Below, piece after piece: positions 27,314 to 37,113 of a DNA stretch of 64,000 nucleotides; within the stretch, counting starts at the first letter, position 1, and every line of letters begins with the position of its first letter. Under the pieces are notes generated by a model. That model searched no databases. It was not told the origin of the DNA and saw only the letters and a program-made list of their open reading frames with translations. The translations under genes and the position numbers were made by a program. This DNA is from Flavobacteriales bacterium. Lineage in GTDB: Bacteria > Bacteroidota > Bacteroidia > Palsa-965. The stretch is taken from positions 64,001 through 128,000 of the forward strand of contig JBEIPA010000009.1 of the NCBI GenBank assembly GCA_040377305.1, written 5' to 3'.

Positions 27314-28417
27314 TTACTGCTTAACAAGCTGCCTGAACAGTCCCGACACTTCCCTTGCCTGATCAATGTTCGAAATTACAAGCCCGGTCGACGAACCATT
27401 CCAGAACTTCTGTACTGATGCAGGAAGGCTTTTCACTTCAGCCTTCTTGACCATCTTGCGTACGGATTTTTCTTCCGCTTTTACAACCAAGTACATCGAG
27501 TTCTTCCTGAAATGGAAAAAGCAAAGGTTCTTACCTGCAACTTTTTTCATGGAGATGTAATGTCCACCGGCCGCATTAAAGGTTAGCTTCTTGTCGAGCT
27601 TTAAAGCGTCTCGTTTCAGGTTCTCGTAAATCGACTTAACGATTGGTGACCCTTTAGCAAAATGGTGCTCTTCGGTGTGGGTTACTTTGGGTTTCGATTC
27701 CTTCGGAACAAGCTGCGGCTTTGCCTGAAGCTCACTCAGCGTGGGATGCAACGAAAGAATGTTTGTTTTCCCTGCAAGAAACTTACGCACGTACAACACA
27801 TCAAGAATACCACCCCAGGTTTCAGCATACGCTTTTTGGGCTATCGGCAGTTCTTTGAGTGGATCTTCAGTAACAAGTAGACAACGCGGCGCATTAAGTA
27901 ATGTTTCTGCGAGCAAATCTTCCAATCGCTTGCCCTTCATATGCTGATGTACCAGCTTGAGAAATGCCTTGTCCTTCTCGATACTTTCCTTCATGAAGAC
28001 AATGAGTTGACTCATTGTTATTACATCACGAACCACTGAGAACAGATGCGTCATGAACGGAAAGAAGTCCGAATAGAAATCCTTGCCGTTACCGAGAATC
28101 ACACAAAGAAAGTAGCAGCGCGGAGCCGTCGGCGTTGTGAAGTCAAACAAAACGTTTGTATTCTGGAACGGGACACTATCCGGAACCGACATTTTCCATC
28201 CGACTGTTTTTTCTCCAAAGAGCGCACGGCGATTACCGAAGACAAGCTTTGCAAATTCCTCCTCGGACTTGAACGGCTTTGCAACAGGTTGCGAAGATTC
28301 AGGCAATTCAGGGAGTAGTGACAGCTTACCTTCTTTCGCGATCATAAATACCCTGCCGAAGGGATCGGTGTTTAGCGAGGGCTGAGCAATGGTTTTAGAA
28401 GAACTTAGTTTTTTCAT
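27314..28417 (-). CDS. DUF5655-domain protein with degenerate nuclease-like N-terminal domain
   Basis: FKSEEEF..LV N-terminal motif; TEEHHF..IYENL..HYISMK..NLCFFHFRK C-terminal domain. Confidence 0.65.
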   Translation of the reverse strand: MKKLSSSKTIAQPSLNTDPFGRVFMIAKEGKLSLLPELPESSQPVAKPFKSEEEFAKLVFGNRRALFGEKTVGWKMSVPDSVPFQNTNVLFDFTTPTAPRCYFLCVILGNGKDFYSDFFPFMTHLFSVVRDVITMSQLIVFMKESIEKDKAFLKLVHQHMKGKRLEDLLAETLLNAPRCLLVTEDPLKELPIAQKAYAETWGGILDVLYVRKFLAGKTNILSLHPTLSELQAKPQLVPKESKPKVTHTEEHHFAKGSPIVKSIYENLKRDALKLDKKLTFNAAGGHYISMKKVAGKNLCFFHFRKNSMYLVVKAEEKSVRKMVKKAEVKSLPASVQKFWNGSSTGLVISNIDQAREVSGLFRQLVKQ

Positions 28418-28609
28418 GGCTTAGTTGAATTGGTCTAAGCACATGGATAACTCCAAAGCCACGTGAAGTCAAATCACGATACCAGAAGGAAGCACAATTC
28501 CGATGCAGTCAAATGTGACGTACCCTGTTCAAAACTCTCACTGCGTTACGGGAGTAGAAATGAGGTTCAATTGCTTATATCGGGTACTTTTGTAGCCCAT
28601 TTTGACAGC

Positions 28610-29455
28610 ATGATCACTGTAACCCTGAAAGGTCGTATCGACACATCCTATTACGGATACAAGAAGCTAACAAGCTTCTATCAGGAATGTGCTGATCATA
28701 CCAATGACACCATTCACATGAACTTATATGATCTGGAATGGATCGACGGAAATATGTCAGCTTTTTTCGATGCAGTACTCTACAAATTACACAAGGAAAA
28801 TGGGCTTCGATTTGCGACGGACTTTGAATTTGTTAAGAAGAAGTTTGACGTGTTGCTTCGCAATGGGTTCTTAGATATCGGAGAGAAGATTGAGGACGAT
28901 CGCAAGAGTACAATTCCTATGAAGAGTTTTGCTACCAGCGACAAGAAGGGATTTATCGACTATGTTGAGGGTGAGCTGATGGAGCATCGCGGAATGCCTG
29001 CATTGGAGGCAAAGGTCAAAGAGCAAATCATCCAAGACTTGATCGAGGTCTTCTGTAACTCTCATCATCACGCAAACACCACAGATCCTTTCTTCGTTGC
29101 GGGCCAGTACTATCCCCGACTGGGTGAATTGCGATTCACTATGGTCGATCTTGGCGATGGCTTTTTGCCGCGCATCAATAAAGCAACAAACGGCAAGATT
29201 AATACATCACTGGACGCTATAAACTGGGCGATTATCGGAAACAGCAGTAAGCGTATTTTAGAGAAAACGTCTGGAGGACTAGGCTTGCAGAATATCCTCA
29301 AGTACTGCCAGGAAACAGGGGGGAATTTGGACATTGTGACAGGTGACGGATACTGGTCATCTGGATATACCGGAACAATTTTCGAGGGTGGAAGGGATAT
29401 GGGGCCTCATGCATTTGTGGGTACAACCCTCAATTTGACGTTCAAATCGGCTTAA
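28610..29455 (+). CDS. STAS-like plus GHKL/HATPase protein (RsbW/SpoIIAB-like kinase)
   Basis: Start MITVTLKG; EVFCNSHHHA (N box), DLGDGF (G1), GGLGL (G2), GTTLNL; no DHp His box. Confidence 0.85.
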   Translation: MITVTLKGRIDTSYYGYKKLTSFYQECADHTNDTIHMNLYDLEWIDGNMSAFFDAVLYKLHKENGLRFATDFEFVKKKFDVLLRNGFLDIGEKIEDDRKSTIPMKSFATSDKKGFIDYVEGELMEHRGMPALEAKVKEQIIQDLIEVFCNSHHHANTTDPFFVAGQYYPRLGELRFTMVDLGDGFLPRINKATNGKINTSLDAINWAIIGNSSKRILEKTSGGLGLQNILKYCQETGGNLDIVTGDGYWSSGYTGTIFEGGRDMGPHAFVGTTLNLTFKSA

Positions 29456-29570
29456 AGCCCTCAGAATTAACGAACGCGTGTTGATTTTTTTGCTCATTCT
29501 CTTGACTTCACATACTTTTGCCGCCTATATTTGAAACAAAGCACGGTTTTTGAGCGTTATAGATTTAGAT

Positions 29571-29900
29571 ATGAGAGTGGTTAAAATAGCCGATATCGTA
29601 AAAGACGATCTCGCGATTTATCACGACGAGGGTTTGAGGGTTTATGAGTTTATGTCTCCTGCCTTGATTCGTGGGGAGAAAATCGAGATTTCTTTTGTGG
29701 GAACTGCGCGCTGTTCAACGCAATTTTTGAACGCGTCAATAGGCAAGCTGTATTTGGACTTTGATCCAAAGCAGGTGGATTCCCTAGTGTCTTACAACTA
29801 CGGCGAGGTCAATCTCCTCCGCGAAAAGATCGCGGAAGTGAAGGACAACGCAATCCATTCAAAGGATTACGATCAGTTCGTCGGGAATGCTTCTGCATAA
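29571..29900 (+). CDS. STAS-like domain protein (DUF4325-type)
   Basis: A...DEG..VY......GEKIEISF.G...STQFLNASIGKLY. Confidence 0.85.
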   Translation: MRVVKIADIVKDDLAIYHDEGLRVYEFMSPALIRGEKIEISFVGTARCSTQFLNASIGKLYLDFDPKQVDSLVSYNYGEVNLLREKIAEVKDNAIHSKDYDQFVGNASA

Positions 29901-29906
29901 CCAGTC

Positions 29907-30539
29907 GTGGCATATCACATTTCCCACCTGGATAATGTGACGCTGCAAAAACAGCAGTACTTTTTCGACGCCAATATGTGGATTAAACTCCTCAGGCCGC
30001 CATTTGATTTAACGCCGCGGGATAAAAAGTATTTGACTTTTTTTGAAAAGTTCAAGGGTAGCGCAGCCAATCCTAAGATTGCCGTGACTTCTCTTGTATT
30101 AAGCGAGGTTATCAATCGTATTATGCGTGAGGTTGCTATGCGAAAATACATTAAGGACAATGTCGTAGCGGAGAAGGACGTGGTGCCTGGCTACTACAAG
30201 CAGGTGTACCGCAAGACTGATCATTTCAAAGGTCAGTACGCACTGTTGTGTGATGATATCAAGGACTATCACAACAAGTACGAGTTCATTTCGGACTCAC
30301 TTGGTGACGGCATCAAAACGAAGGATATTCTCTCTAATCCTGCTCCGGGGCTCGACTTCAATGACGGCTACTATGTGTTGCTTGCAAAGCATTATGGATT
30401 TCCGATCGTCACAGATGATGGTGATTTCTTTGTTGAAGATGTACAAATCATGACGTACAACAACGCGCTCTATCAGAAGGGTAAGGATGCAATTGTGGTG
30501 AAACCAGCGACAGGTGAAGCACCTCCGGCGACCGCGTAG
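29907..30539 (+). CDS. PIN-domain ribonuclease
   Basis: FFDANMWI, VLSEVINR, LDFND, IVTDDGDF; acidic residues intact. Confidence 0.88.
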   Translation: MAYHISHLDNVTLQKQQYFFDANMWIKLLRPPFDLTPRDKKYLTFFEKFKGSAANPKIAVTSLVLSEVINRIMREVAMRKYIKDNVVAEKDVVPGYYKQVYRKTDHFKGQYALLCDDIKDYHNKYEFISDSLGDGIKTKDILSNPAPGLDFNDGYYVLLAKHYGFPIVTDDGDFFVEDVQIMTYNNALYQKGKDAIVVKPATGEAPPATA

Positions 30540-30542
30540 AAA

Positions 30543-30731
30543 TTACTCTTCGTGCGTCTGAAAAACGCGCTCTGCATCTTGAGGCAAAATCGCATCCATT
30601 ACCCATACAAACCCTAAGAGCTGAATAACATCTGTTTGTTCTCTTGTTCCTTTCGCATCAATATAATATGCGGTCGCAGATTTTATCAATGACATCCATT
30701 CGGCTATTTGTTTTGATGAATATGAAGTCAT
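30543..30731 (-). CDS. 62-aa hypothetical protein
   Basis: ATGA-coupled to the upstream ORF. Confidence 0.45.
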   Translation of the reverse strand: MTSYSSKQIAEWMSLIKSATAYYIDAKGTREQTDVIQLLGFVWVMDAILPQDAERVFQTHEE

Positions 30732-31516
30732 GTTTTTCTGGAGTTCCTATTAGCGTTTTTTACCAAAGGATGATTTCTCATGTATGTTTCTAGTAGTTGA
30801 TCTTGCATATAATTGAGCACCTTCTCCTTATTCTGAAAGTGAATTGATTTTAGGATTTGGTAGAAAAGGAGAGCAGACTGCTTCATCCAATTTCGACGCA
30901 TTTCATTTGTGAAATATATAAAAGATCGATGTCCGTGAAGTTTTGAATTGGGATATCGATAAACGTGCCCACGCATTCTAAAAAAACCGCGTCGAAATTG
31001 ATAGACAGTAAAACTCTGCACAGGATGACTCAAGGCATCTTCGGGCCAAACAAACTCATTGACGCTTGAAAAATCCTGCAGAGCATTCAAACGAATTGAT
31101 TTTTGTCCAGAAGGTCTAGGAAATACCTTGATAAATCCATCGAATGCAGCGTTGTTTGGATCGAGCGGAACTAAAAGTGAATTGTTGCGCTTAAGTTTCC
31201 CTACATTGATTTTGCTTCTAAGCATAAGTCTTGGTAACATTTGTTCGAAACCGGAGTTTTTCAATGCGACAAGCACGCGAGCGATGCTGTAGAAGGATAT
31301 TCTAAAGAATTGTTCGTGTCGTTTTGGATCACCTATTGGGAAGTTCTCATCAGTTCGATGAAAATCCAAAGTGCGATCATCGTTCCAGATGCGAATTGTA
31401 TAATGGACTTTCCCTCTCTCAAACTTGAAGACATACTTTTGCTTGGCAGTATCTTTATTGACCCAGAGAAAAAAAGCACTTAATAATTCTTGCAGGCGCT
31501 CGGTCTCAGATGCCAT
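30728..31516 (-). CDS. hypothetical basic protein
   Basis: 262-aa ORF with no recognisable motif. Confidence 0.7.
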   Translation of the reverse strand: MASETERLQELLSAFFLWVNKDTAKQKYVFKFERGKVHYTIRIWNDDRTLDFHRTDENFPIGDPKRHEQFFRISFYSIARVLVALKNSGFEQMLPRLMLRSKINVGKLKRNNSLLVPLDPNNAAFDGFIKVFPRPSGQKSIRLNALQDFSSVNEFVWPEDALSHPVQSFTVYQFRRGFFRMRGHVYRYPNSKLHGHRSFIYFTNEMRRNWMKQSALLFYQILKSIHFQNKEKVLNYMQDQLLETYMRNHPLVKNANRNSRKT

Positions 31517-31588
31517 GTGTCTGGATTGAGTAAAACTAAGATCGGATTGCGAATCGCGCCTACCCTCTTTGTATTTAGAGTGTATTTG

Positions 31589-32041
31589 TTAGTCGTGATA
31601 TAACAGACTATCTATACTTGAGCTTGGTGGGTATCCAACAAAGTTTTGACCCTGTCCATCACCCACTCGGTGGGTGTAAGTTCCCGGCGGCACCTGATTT
31701 TTGCCGTAGTACAGATATTGAGTATGGCTTGAATTATTAATCATGCTCGAAACAATTTTTCCCCGTCCGAAAGTTCTTAGAACCACTTCAACATTGCCGT
31801 TCACAATCGTTACCTGTACCGGCTTATCCTCGTAGGTTCCAGCATGTGACGCAACAGCTTGGCTCACGTGACCCCAAGCACCCGTTAAAGCTTGCGTTTC
31901 TTCGGCCTCTTCACACTTCTTTCCTGTTGGTTCCCAGCCACCGTCGTTGCAGACTAATTCAGACTTATTCGCGCATATCGTAGCGCCATGAGAATATGGT
32001 TGGCCATTATATATGCATGACTTTTTTTGTTCTTCGTTCAT
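31589..32041 (-). CDS. protein with DUF1496-like Cys-rich N-terminus
   Basis: CIYNGQPYSHGATIC......C..GGW.....C. Confidence 0.6.
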   Translation of the reverse strand: MNEEQKKSCIYNGQPYSHGATICANKSELVCNDGGWEPTGKKCEEAEETQALTGAWGHVSQAVASHAGTYEDKPVQVTIVNGNVEVVLRTFGRGKIVSSMINNSSHTQYLYYGKNQVPPGTYTHRVGDGQGQNFVGYPPSSSIDSLLYHD

Positions 32042-32244
32042 ATTTTTGGTTTTTATCTCCTAACAAATATGGTAATTCAATTGGGTTTTTTCAACAAAAG
32101 GTCAGAATTTGAGACTGTAGATATTTTCATTTTACTTCGAGAAGAGGATACCAAAATAAGGAGTGCTCCGACAAAGTGCTTGGGCGCGCACCGATGGAAG
32201 CACTTTTCGAAAAAGGTGGGCAACTGTTCAGTATTTTTGCTCTC

Positions 32245-32296
32245 AGCGTCGGACTCATAATCCGTTGGTCCCAGGTTCAAATCCTGGTGGGCGCAC
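32245..32296 (+). pseudogene. 3' fragment of tRNA(CAT) (Ile2/Met), probable attR
   Basis: CGGA-CTCATAA-TCCG anticodon arm, CCAGG-TTCAAAT-CCTGG T arm, TGGGCGCA acceptor 3' strand; 5' acceptor strand and D arm absent. Confidence 0.85.
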
Positions 32297-32298
32297 AG

Positions 32299-32339
32299 AA
32301 AAAGCCCCGACTCTCCAAAGAGGTCGGGGCTTGTCTTTT
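32299..32339. terminator. bidirectional intrinsic terminator
   Basis: AAAAAGCCCCGAC..GTCGGGGCTTGTCTTTT. Confidence 0.85.
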
Positions 32340-32355
32340 ATCAGAATAGAAATAT

Positions 32356-33450
32356 CTATTTCTCTACGGCGAACTCTCCGCAAATGGTAATTTCTACTCT
32401 GCGGTTCGCTGCACTTGCTGACTCCGTGTTTACTATCGGTTCCGATTCTCCAAACGCGCGAGCCTTCATGCGCTTCTCAGGAACTCCGGCTCCAACAAGA
32501 TAGCTACGTACTGCTGCAGCGCGGTCTTGCGACAGTTTGGTGTTCGACTGGTCTGTTCCAACTTTGTCGGTGTGACCGTCTATGTAAACGATAATAGAAG
32601 GATAGGTTAACAGGAAATTCGCAAGACCATTTAGTTCGTTGAAAGACTCCGGAAGAATTACGGCTTTGTCAGTTTCGAAGTTGAGATCTGAAAGTTGGTA
32701 GCAACCTCCGGAAAGAATCCACGCAATGTCGTTTTCTGCAACTACTCCAGGTGCAACACTAACATCATCAACAAAGTAATAGGCTTTGCGTGAGTTGTTC
32801 GTGTTTTCAGGAATTATCTTTTGCACGGACATATAATCGTCGAAACAACCGAGTGTCATATAGCGCTCTCCGCCTTTGGCAACATAAGTTGCTGTGAACA
32901 CACTCCATTCAGTGCTTGTAAGAACGTTTGATGCAATGATGTGCGGAGTAACCTCGAGATATGAATTTTTCTTCTCATCCATTTTCTCGTTGGTAAAGTA
33001 GACCCCAACACCAGAAACCGCAAATGCACTTTTTTCTGCGAGTGCAATATCAAACGTTACTGTATAAGCTTTACCTGCCACCATAGGTTCGCGCAGATCG
33101 AATTGAATGTATTCGCTGTATTTCTGATAAGCCGGTTTTGTTTTGAAGAGTCCCATTTCCTGTCCGTAGTAAGCAGTGAAACCAGCATAATTACTTCCGG
33201 TTTTCGCTCCTTGCGAACCCATGTCGTTGTCAGGAATACTGTATCCTTTGCGGCATGAATTGCTGCTGTACAAGTCGATAGTCGTGTTGTTCGAACTTGA
33301 AATGTTATCGGCGCGTTCATACTCTGCGCGTCCATGCACCTTTCCTTTAGTCGCTTCGAAAGAGCCATTCACGATAAAGTTGTTATCCTGTGCCGTCGCA
33401 CTGATCATTGCGAATGCGGCAAGTCCTGTTAATATTCTATGCGTTTTCAT
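32356..33450 (-). CDS. OmpA-family protein with N-terminal CBM-like domain
   Basis: LNFETDK, IDGHTD, N.KLS..RA..V, NRRVEI. Confidence 0.9.
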   Translation of the reverse strand: MKTHRILTGLAAFAMISATAQDNNFIVNGSFEATKGKVHGRAEYERADNISSSNNTTIDLYSSNSCRKGYSIPDNDMGSQGAKTGSNYAGFTAYYGQEMGLFKTKPAYQKYSEYIQFDLREPMVAGKAYTVTFDIALAEKSAFAVSGVGVYFTNEKMDEKKNSYLEVTPHIIASNVLTSTEWSVFTATYVAKGGERYMTLGCFDDYMSVQKIIPENTNNSRKAYYFVDDVSVAPGVVAENDIAWILSGGCYQLSDLNFETDKAVILPESFNELNGLANFLLTYPSIIVYIDGHTDKVGTDQSNTKLSQDRAAAVRSYLVGAGVPEKRMKARAFGESEPIVNTESASAANRRVEITICGEFAVEK

Positions 33451-33524
33451 GATTTTTGTTGTTGTTCCCCACCGTAGCAGGAATAGTTTGGTACTTGGTT
33501 AATTATTGATGATTGAATTGATTT

Positions 33525-34466
33525 TTACTTTACACTGTCCTTCGCCTTTTTCTTAAAGTATCTTCTCAGGAGAAAATTATGTTGCACTGCTTCCAGATCT
33601 TCGTTTAGTGTAACTGTGCCTGTTTCCAGATTAATGATCGCGTTCTTCAGACTTGCACCTGCCTGCTCGTCATACAACAAAACACCCATGGGCGTTTTTT
33701 GGTTCTGTTGCGCTTCTTTGAGGTTCGTAGCGAGCACCTGCGCGGTATCTGCGACCTCTTGTAGCTGTTGTATCGTTGCAGACAAGGAATTAAAGATGAC
33801 CGTATCCGTTACCAGGTCGTGAGCGAGTGTGCCGTCTTTATTAAGATTGTTGCTGAACTGTACGAGCGAGGAAAGCATGAGCTGCGCATTCTGAGTAGCT
33901 ATCTGCAATGAATTGGCGCTTGCTGTAATGCTGTTATAAAGCGAATCGTCGTACAGAAGCTTACCAATAGTTCCTTCTCCCGAATTAATCTTGTTGGTAA
34001 GAGCCAGAATATTAAGATTGTTCTCCTGCAGTGTGGCCATTATTTCTTCTGTCGATAGCGCCTGCTCATTGAATAGCTCGTCTCCATCAACAACTTCTGG
34101 CGCTGCTGCAGTTCCGCCGTAAACAACCAGAATTTTGTTACCGATTAATCCGTCGGTGCTGATTTTTACCTTTGCATCTCTTCGGACATATTCTACGGCA
34201 TCGACATTGATGTTGATGATTACTTTCACTTGCGACGTACCGTAGAACTCAACTTTCTTTACTGTACCGATTTTCACACCGGAGAAGAATACGTTGTCAC
34301 CGCTCTGCAAACCATTCACATCACCAAATATGGTATACACTGAAACTTTCCGTGTAAATGTTGAATGCTGATCGCCAATGACTATTATACCGGCAACGAG
34401 AACAAGTAGTCCAACGAGGATAAAAATTCCTACGCTTACGGCTCGTCTGTTTTTTGTCTGGCTCAT
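33525..34466 (-). CDS. mlaD: MlaD/MCE family protein
   Basis: VNGLQSGDNVFFSGVKIGTV; DGLIGNK. Confidence 0.85.
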   Translation of the reverse strand: MSQTKNRRAVSVGIFILVGLLVLVAGIIVIGDQHSTFTRKVSVYTIFGDVNGLQSGDNVFFSGVKIGTVKKVEFYGTSQVKVIININVDAVEYVRRDAKVKISTDGLIGNKILVVYGGTAAAPEVVDGDELFNEQALSTEEIMATLQENNLNILALTNKINSGEGTIGKLLYDDSLYNSITASANSLQIATQNAQLMLSSLVQFSNNLNKDGTLAHDLVTDTVIFNSLSATIQQLQEVADTAQVLATNLKEAQQNQKTPMGVLLYDEQAGASLKNAIINLETGTVTLNEDLEAVQHNFLLRRYFKKKAKDSVK

Positions 34467-34469
34467 AGT

Positions 34470-35237
34470 TTATTGAATAAAATTGTAGTTGACGAAATTT
34501 TTAATTTCCTCATTTTCGGAATGAAACACTTCTTCGAATTTTCCTGTCCAGACAAATTTTCCCTTCAGCATCATGGCTACGCGATCACCGGTTTCACGGG
34601 CACAGGTGAGATCGTGTGTGATGATAATCGAGGTAGTGTTGTACTTCTGTTGAACTTCATTGATGAGCGTGTTAATCTCTTCACTGGTAATGGGATCAAG
34701 CCCGGATGTTGGTTCATCATAGAGCATGATTTCCGGTTTGAGAATGAGCGTGCGTGCTATACCAATCCGTTTACGTTGCCCGCCCGATAAATCAGAAGGC
34801 ATGTTCTCTGCTTTGCTGCTTAGACCAACTGCATCGAGTACTTCGTTTACAGCGTTGTCAATTTCGGTTGATGTCAGATGCTTACGGTTCATGATCAGAG
34901 GGAACTCGAGGTTCTCACGAACATTCATGCTGTCGTATAATGCACTATTCTGAAAGGAGAAACCAATTCGCAAACGAAGCCTGTCAAGATCTTTTGGGTT
35001 AAGCTTGTCAACCTCTTCGCCGAGGACATGAATTACACCACGATCGGGTCGCAATAGTCCAACGAGAATTTTGATTAGTACAGATTTTCCTGATCCGGAA
35101 CGTCCAAGCACAACCATGTTTTCTCCTTTGAATACATCGAGGTTAATGTCGTGGAGTACATCGGTGCTGCCGAACGACTTCGACAATCCACGAATGGAAA
35201 TTATCGGCGCCGTATTAATATGTGCTGATGTTTCCAT
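34470..35237 (-). CDS. mlaF: MlaF-type ABC ATPase
   Basis: GRSGSGKS, LSGGQ, LYDEPTSGLDP, ITHD. Confidence 0.85.
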   Translation of the reverse strand: METSAHINTAPIISIRGLSKSFGSTDVLHDINLDVFKGENMVVLGRSGSGKSVLIKILVGLLRPDRGVIHVLGEEVDKLNPKDLDRLRLRIGFSFQNSALYDSMNVRENLEFPLIMNRKHLTSTEIDNAVNEVLDAVGLSSKAENMPSDLSGGQRKRIGIARTLILKPEIMLYDEPTSGLDPITSEEINTLINEVQQKYNTTSIIITHDLTCARETGDRVAMMLKGKFVWTGKFEEVFHSENEEIKNFVNYNFIQ

Positions 35238-36025
35238 TACCTGAACCAGTTTGAGATCTGAACTATTGTTACTTCTTCTATAAATACCAGAAACATTGAA
35301 ATCACTACAGCCTGGTTGGCTGCGCGACCCACACCCCGTGTTCCGGATGTTGCGTTAAAACCTTTGTAACATCCAACAAGTCCGATGGTAAAACCGAACA
35401 CAATGGACTTTGTAACCGAAGCGAATACGTCGAGAAATGTGATGGTTGAAAATCCATTTTTGAAAAAGCTAGCGAGGCTCGCTGCTTCATTGAGGTGTAC
35501 GCTCATGTATGAACCAAGAAGAGCAACAAACCCGCAGAACAAACCGAGTATAGGAACCGTAATTGCGCATGCAAGCACACGCGTTGTTACGAGATACTTG
35601 AAGGGATTGATTGCCGACACTTCCATAGCATCAATCTGTTCTGTGACTTTCATAGAACCTAACTCTGCGCCGATGCTCGATCCTACTTTTCCTGCACAAA
35701 TCAATGCAGTAACCAATGATGCGAGCGCGCGAACGATAGCAATGGAAATGAGCGATGGCAGCCACGACGTTGCACCAAATTCTGCAAGTGACGGGCGCGA
35801 TTGTTTTGTGAAGACTATTCCGGTTACGAATCCGGTGAGTGTAATCAGTGGAAGTGCTTTAAGTCCGATTTCATAGCACTGATTAGTCAGCTCCCGAAAA
35901 TAAATCGGCGGTCTGAATGCTTCACGGAAAAAACGTTTCACAAATAAAAACGCACTGTATATGCCGATGAAATACTCATCGAGATTTTTATTTATTACGT
36001 ATTTACGTGGTGTAGAATTAGACAA
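35237..36025 (-). CDS. mlaE: MlaE ABC permease
   Basis: GSSIGAELGSMKVTEQIDAMEV. Confidence 0.9.
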   Translation of the reverse strand: MSNSTPRKYVINKNLDEYFIGIYSAFLFVKRFFREAFRPPIYFRELTNQCYEIGLKALPLITLTGFVTGIVFTKQSRPSLAEFGATSWLPSLISIAIVRALASLVTALICAGKVGSSIGAELGSMKVTEQIDAMEVSAINPFKYLVTTRVLACAITVPILGLFCGFVALLGSYMSVHLNEAASLASFFKNGFSTITFLDVFASVTKSIVFGFTIGLVGCYKGFNATSGTRGVGRAANQAVVISMFLVFIEEVTIVQISNWFR

Positions 36026-36338
36026 AACGCCAGACTGTTTGGACTAGACTTGGCAAAAACCAGTCCCTGCCATTCTTGCGGGTTCATTGACAGATTTCGT
36101 TGACAGACCCGTAATATTCCCAGTTCCCACTTCGGGGCATGCGTACATTTCTGGGGAAATTATTGCCCAGTGGAAGACTGATGTTCACAAATGTTGCGCA
36201 CCACTTTTACTAACCTCCGCCAATTCCTCAGAAATTATCTTCGCTGAGTTCATCCTTTACACGTCCGACTTCTGAGTTTTGCAAAATCCCTCCAAATTCT
36301 GGATATTGCACGTGCAAACACGGTCGCTAACCAGATTT

Positions 36339-37031
36339 ATGAAGTGCATTGTAATTGATGATGATTCTCTCACGCGCGGGGCTCTTGAGCTATTAGCACA
36401 ACGCAGCGAACTGCTTGAGTATTCCGGATCTTTTGATTCCGCACCTCCTGCGCTGACCTTTCTTCAGGAAAATCCACAGGACGTTATTTTCCTGGATGTG
36501 GAGATGGGAGGGATGTCGGGTTTCGAGCTGATTGAAAAAATGGGTGAAGAATCACCGATAGTAATCATGGTTACTGCCCATTCAAAATATGCGGCAGGAG
36601 CATTCGATTCGAACGTTGCTGATTTTCTGGTGAAACCAATTACCCCTTCACGTTTTCAGCAGGCAATCGACAAAGCGGCAATGCATCTCGATATGAAAAG
36701 GAAGAACGAGCAGGGGACAGCGCTCGTGATCAAAACTTCAGAAGGCATGAAAAAAGTTGCCAAAGAAGATATTCTCTACATCAAGTCGCTCGCCGATTAT
36801 GTAACCATTTATACGGCGACTAACAAATACACTACGCATTCAACGCTCAAAGGAATTCTGGAACGCGTGGGCACCGAAGAATTTGTTCGTGCTCATCATT
36901 CGTTCATTGTACGCATCGATAAAATTGCGGAGGTGGATGTAACTGCGTTGAGAATCGGCTCGATGTCCATTCCAATTTCGAGATCGCGCAGAAAAGAAGT
37001 AGGGACGAGGTTTAAGGAGTACTTCGGTTAA
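36339..37031 (+). CDS. LytTR-family response regulator
   Basis: IDDD, FLDVEM, TAH, KP; ILYIKS.ADY, FVRAHHSFIV. Confidence 0.9.
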   Translation: MKCIVIDDDSLTRGALELLAQRSELLEYSGSFDSAPPALTFLQENPQDVIFLDVEMGGMSGFELIEKMGEESPIVIMVTAHSKYAAGAFDSNVADFLVKPITPSRFQQAIDKAAMHLDMKRKNEQGTALVIKTSEGMKKVAKEDILYIKSLADYVTIYTATNKYTTHSTLKGILERVGTEEFVRAHHSFIVRIDKIAEVDVTALRIGSMSIPISRSRRKEVGTRFKEYFG

Positions 37032-37110
37032 AATTCAATGCGCCATACCCAATGCGCAATTCGCAATAACGCCGATGAACTGCGCATTGCGTATTGAATT
37101 TTGCGCATTG
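37030..37110. repeat. palindromic short-tandem-repeat element
   Basis: AATGCGC units facing GCGCATT units between convergent genes. Confidence 0.65.
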
Positions 37111-37113
37111 TAC

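Larger units (their letters stand above)
1..32296. mobile_element. tRNA-targeted integrative (mobilizable) element / genomic island; left boundary not seen in window
   Basis: Tyrosine integrase, relaxase, T4CP and defence cargo, ending at a 3' tRNA(CAT) fragment followed by housekeeping genes. No intact tRNA copy found, so whether 1-7 kb belongs to the element is uncertain. Confidence 0.65.

Noticed and set aside
28463-28609. N-terminal extension of the kinase ORF in the track
   Set aside because: It contains the TACTTTTG promoter box; ATG 28610 (MITVTLKG) is the more plausible start.
28610-29455. Classical two-component sensor histidine kinase
   Set aside because: No TM/sensor or DHp H-box and no response regulator nearby; the neighbours are STAS and PIN.
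32221-32296. Intact tRNA-Met/Ile2 gene
   Set aside because: No 5' acceptor strand complementary to TGGGCGC and no D arm; only the 3' part is present, so it is treated as an att remnant.
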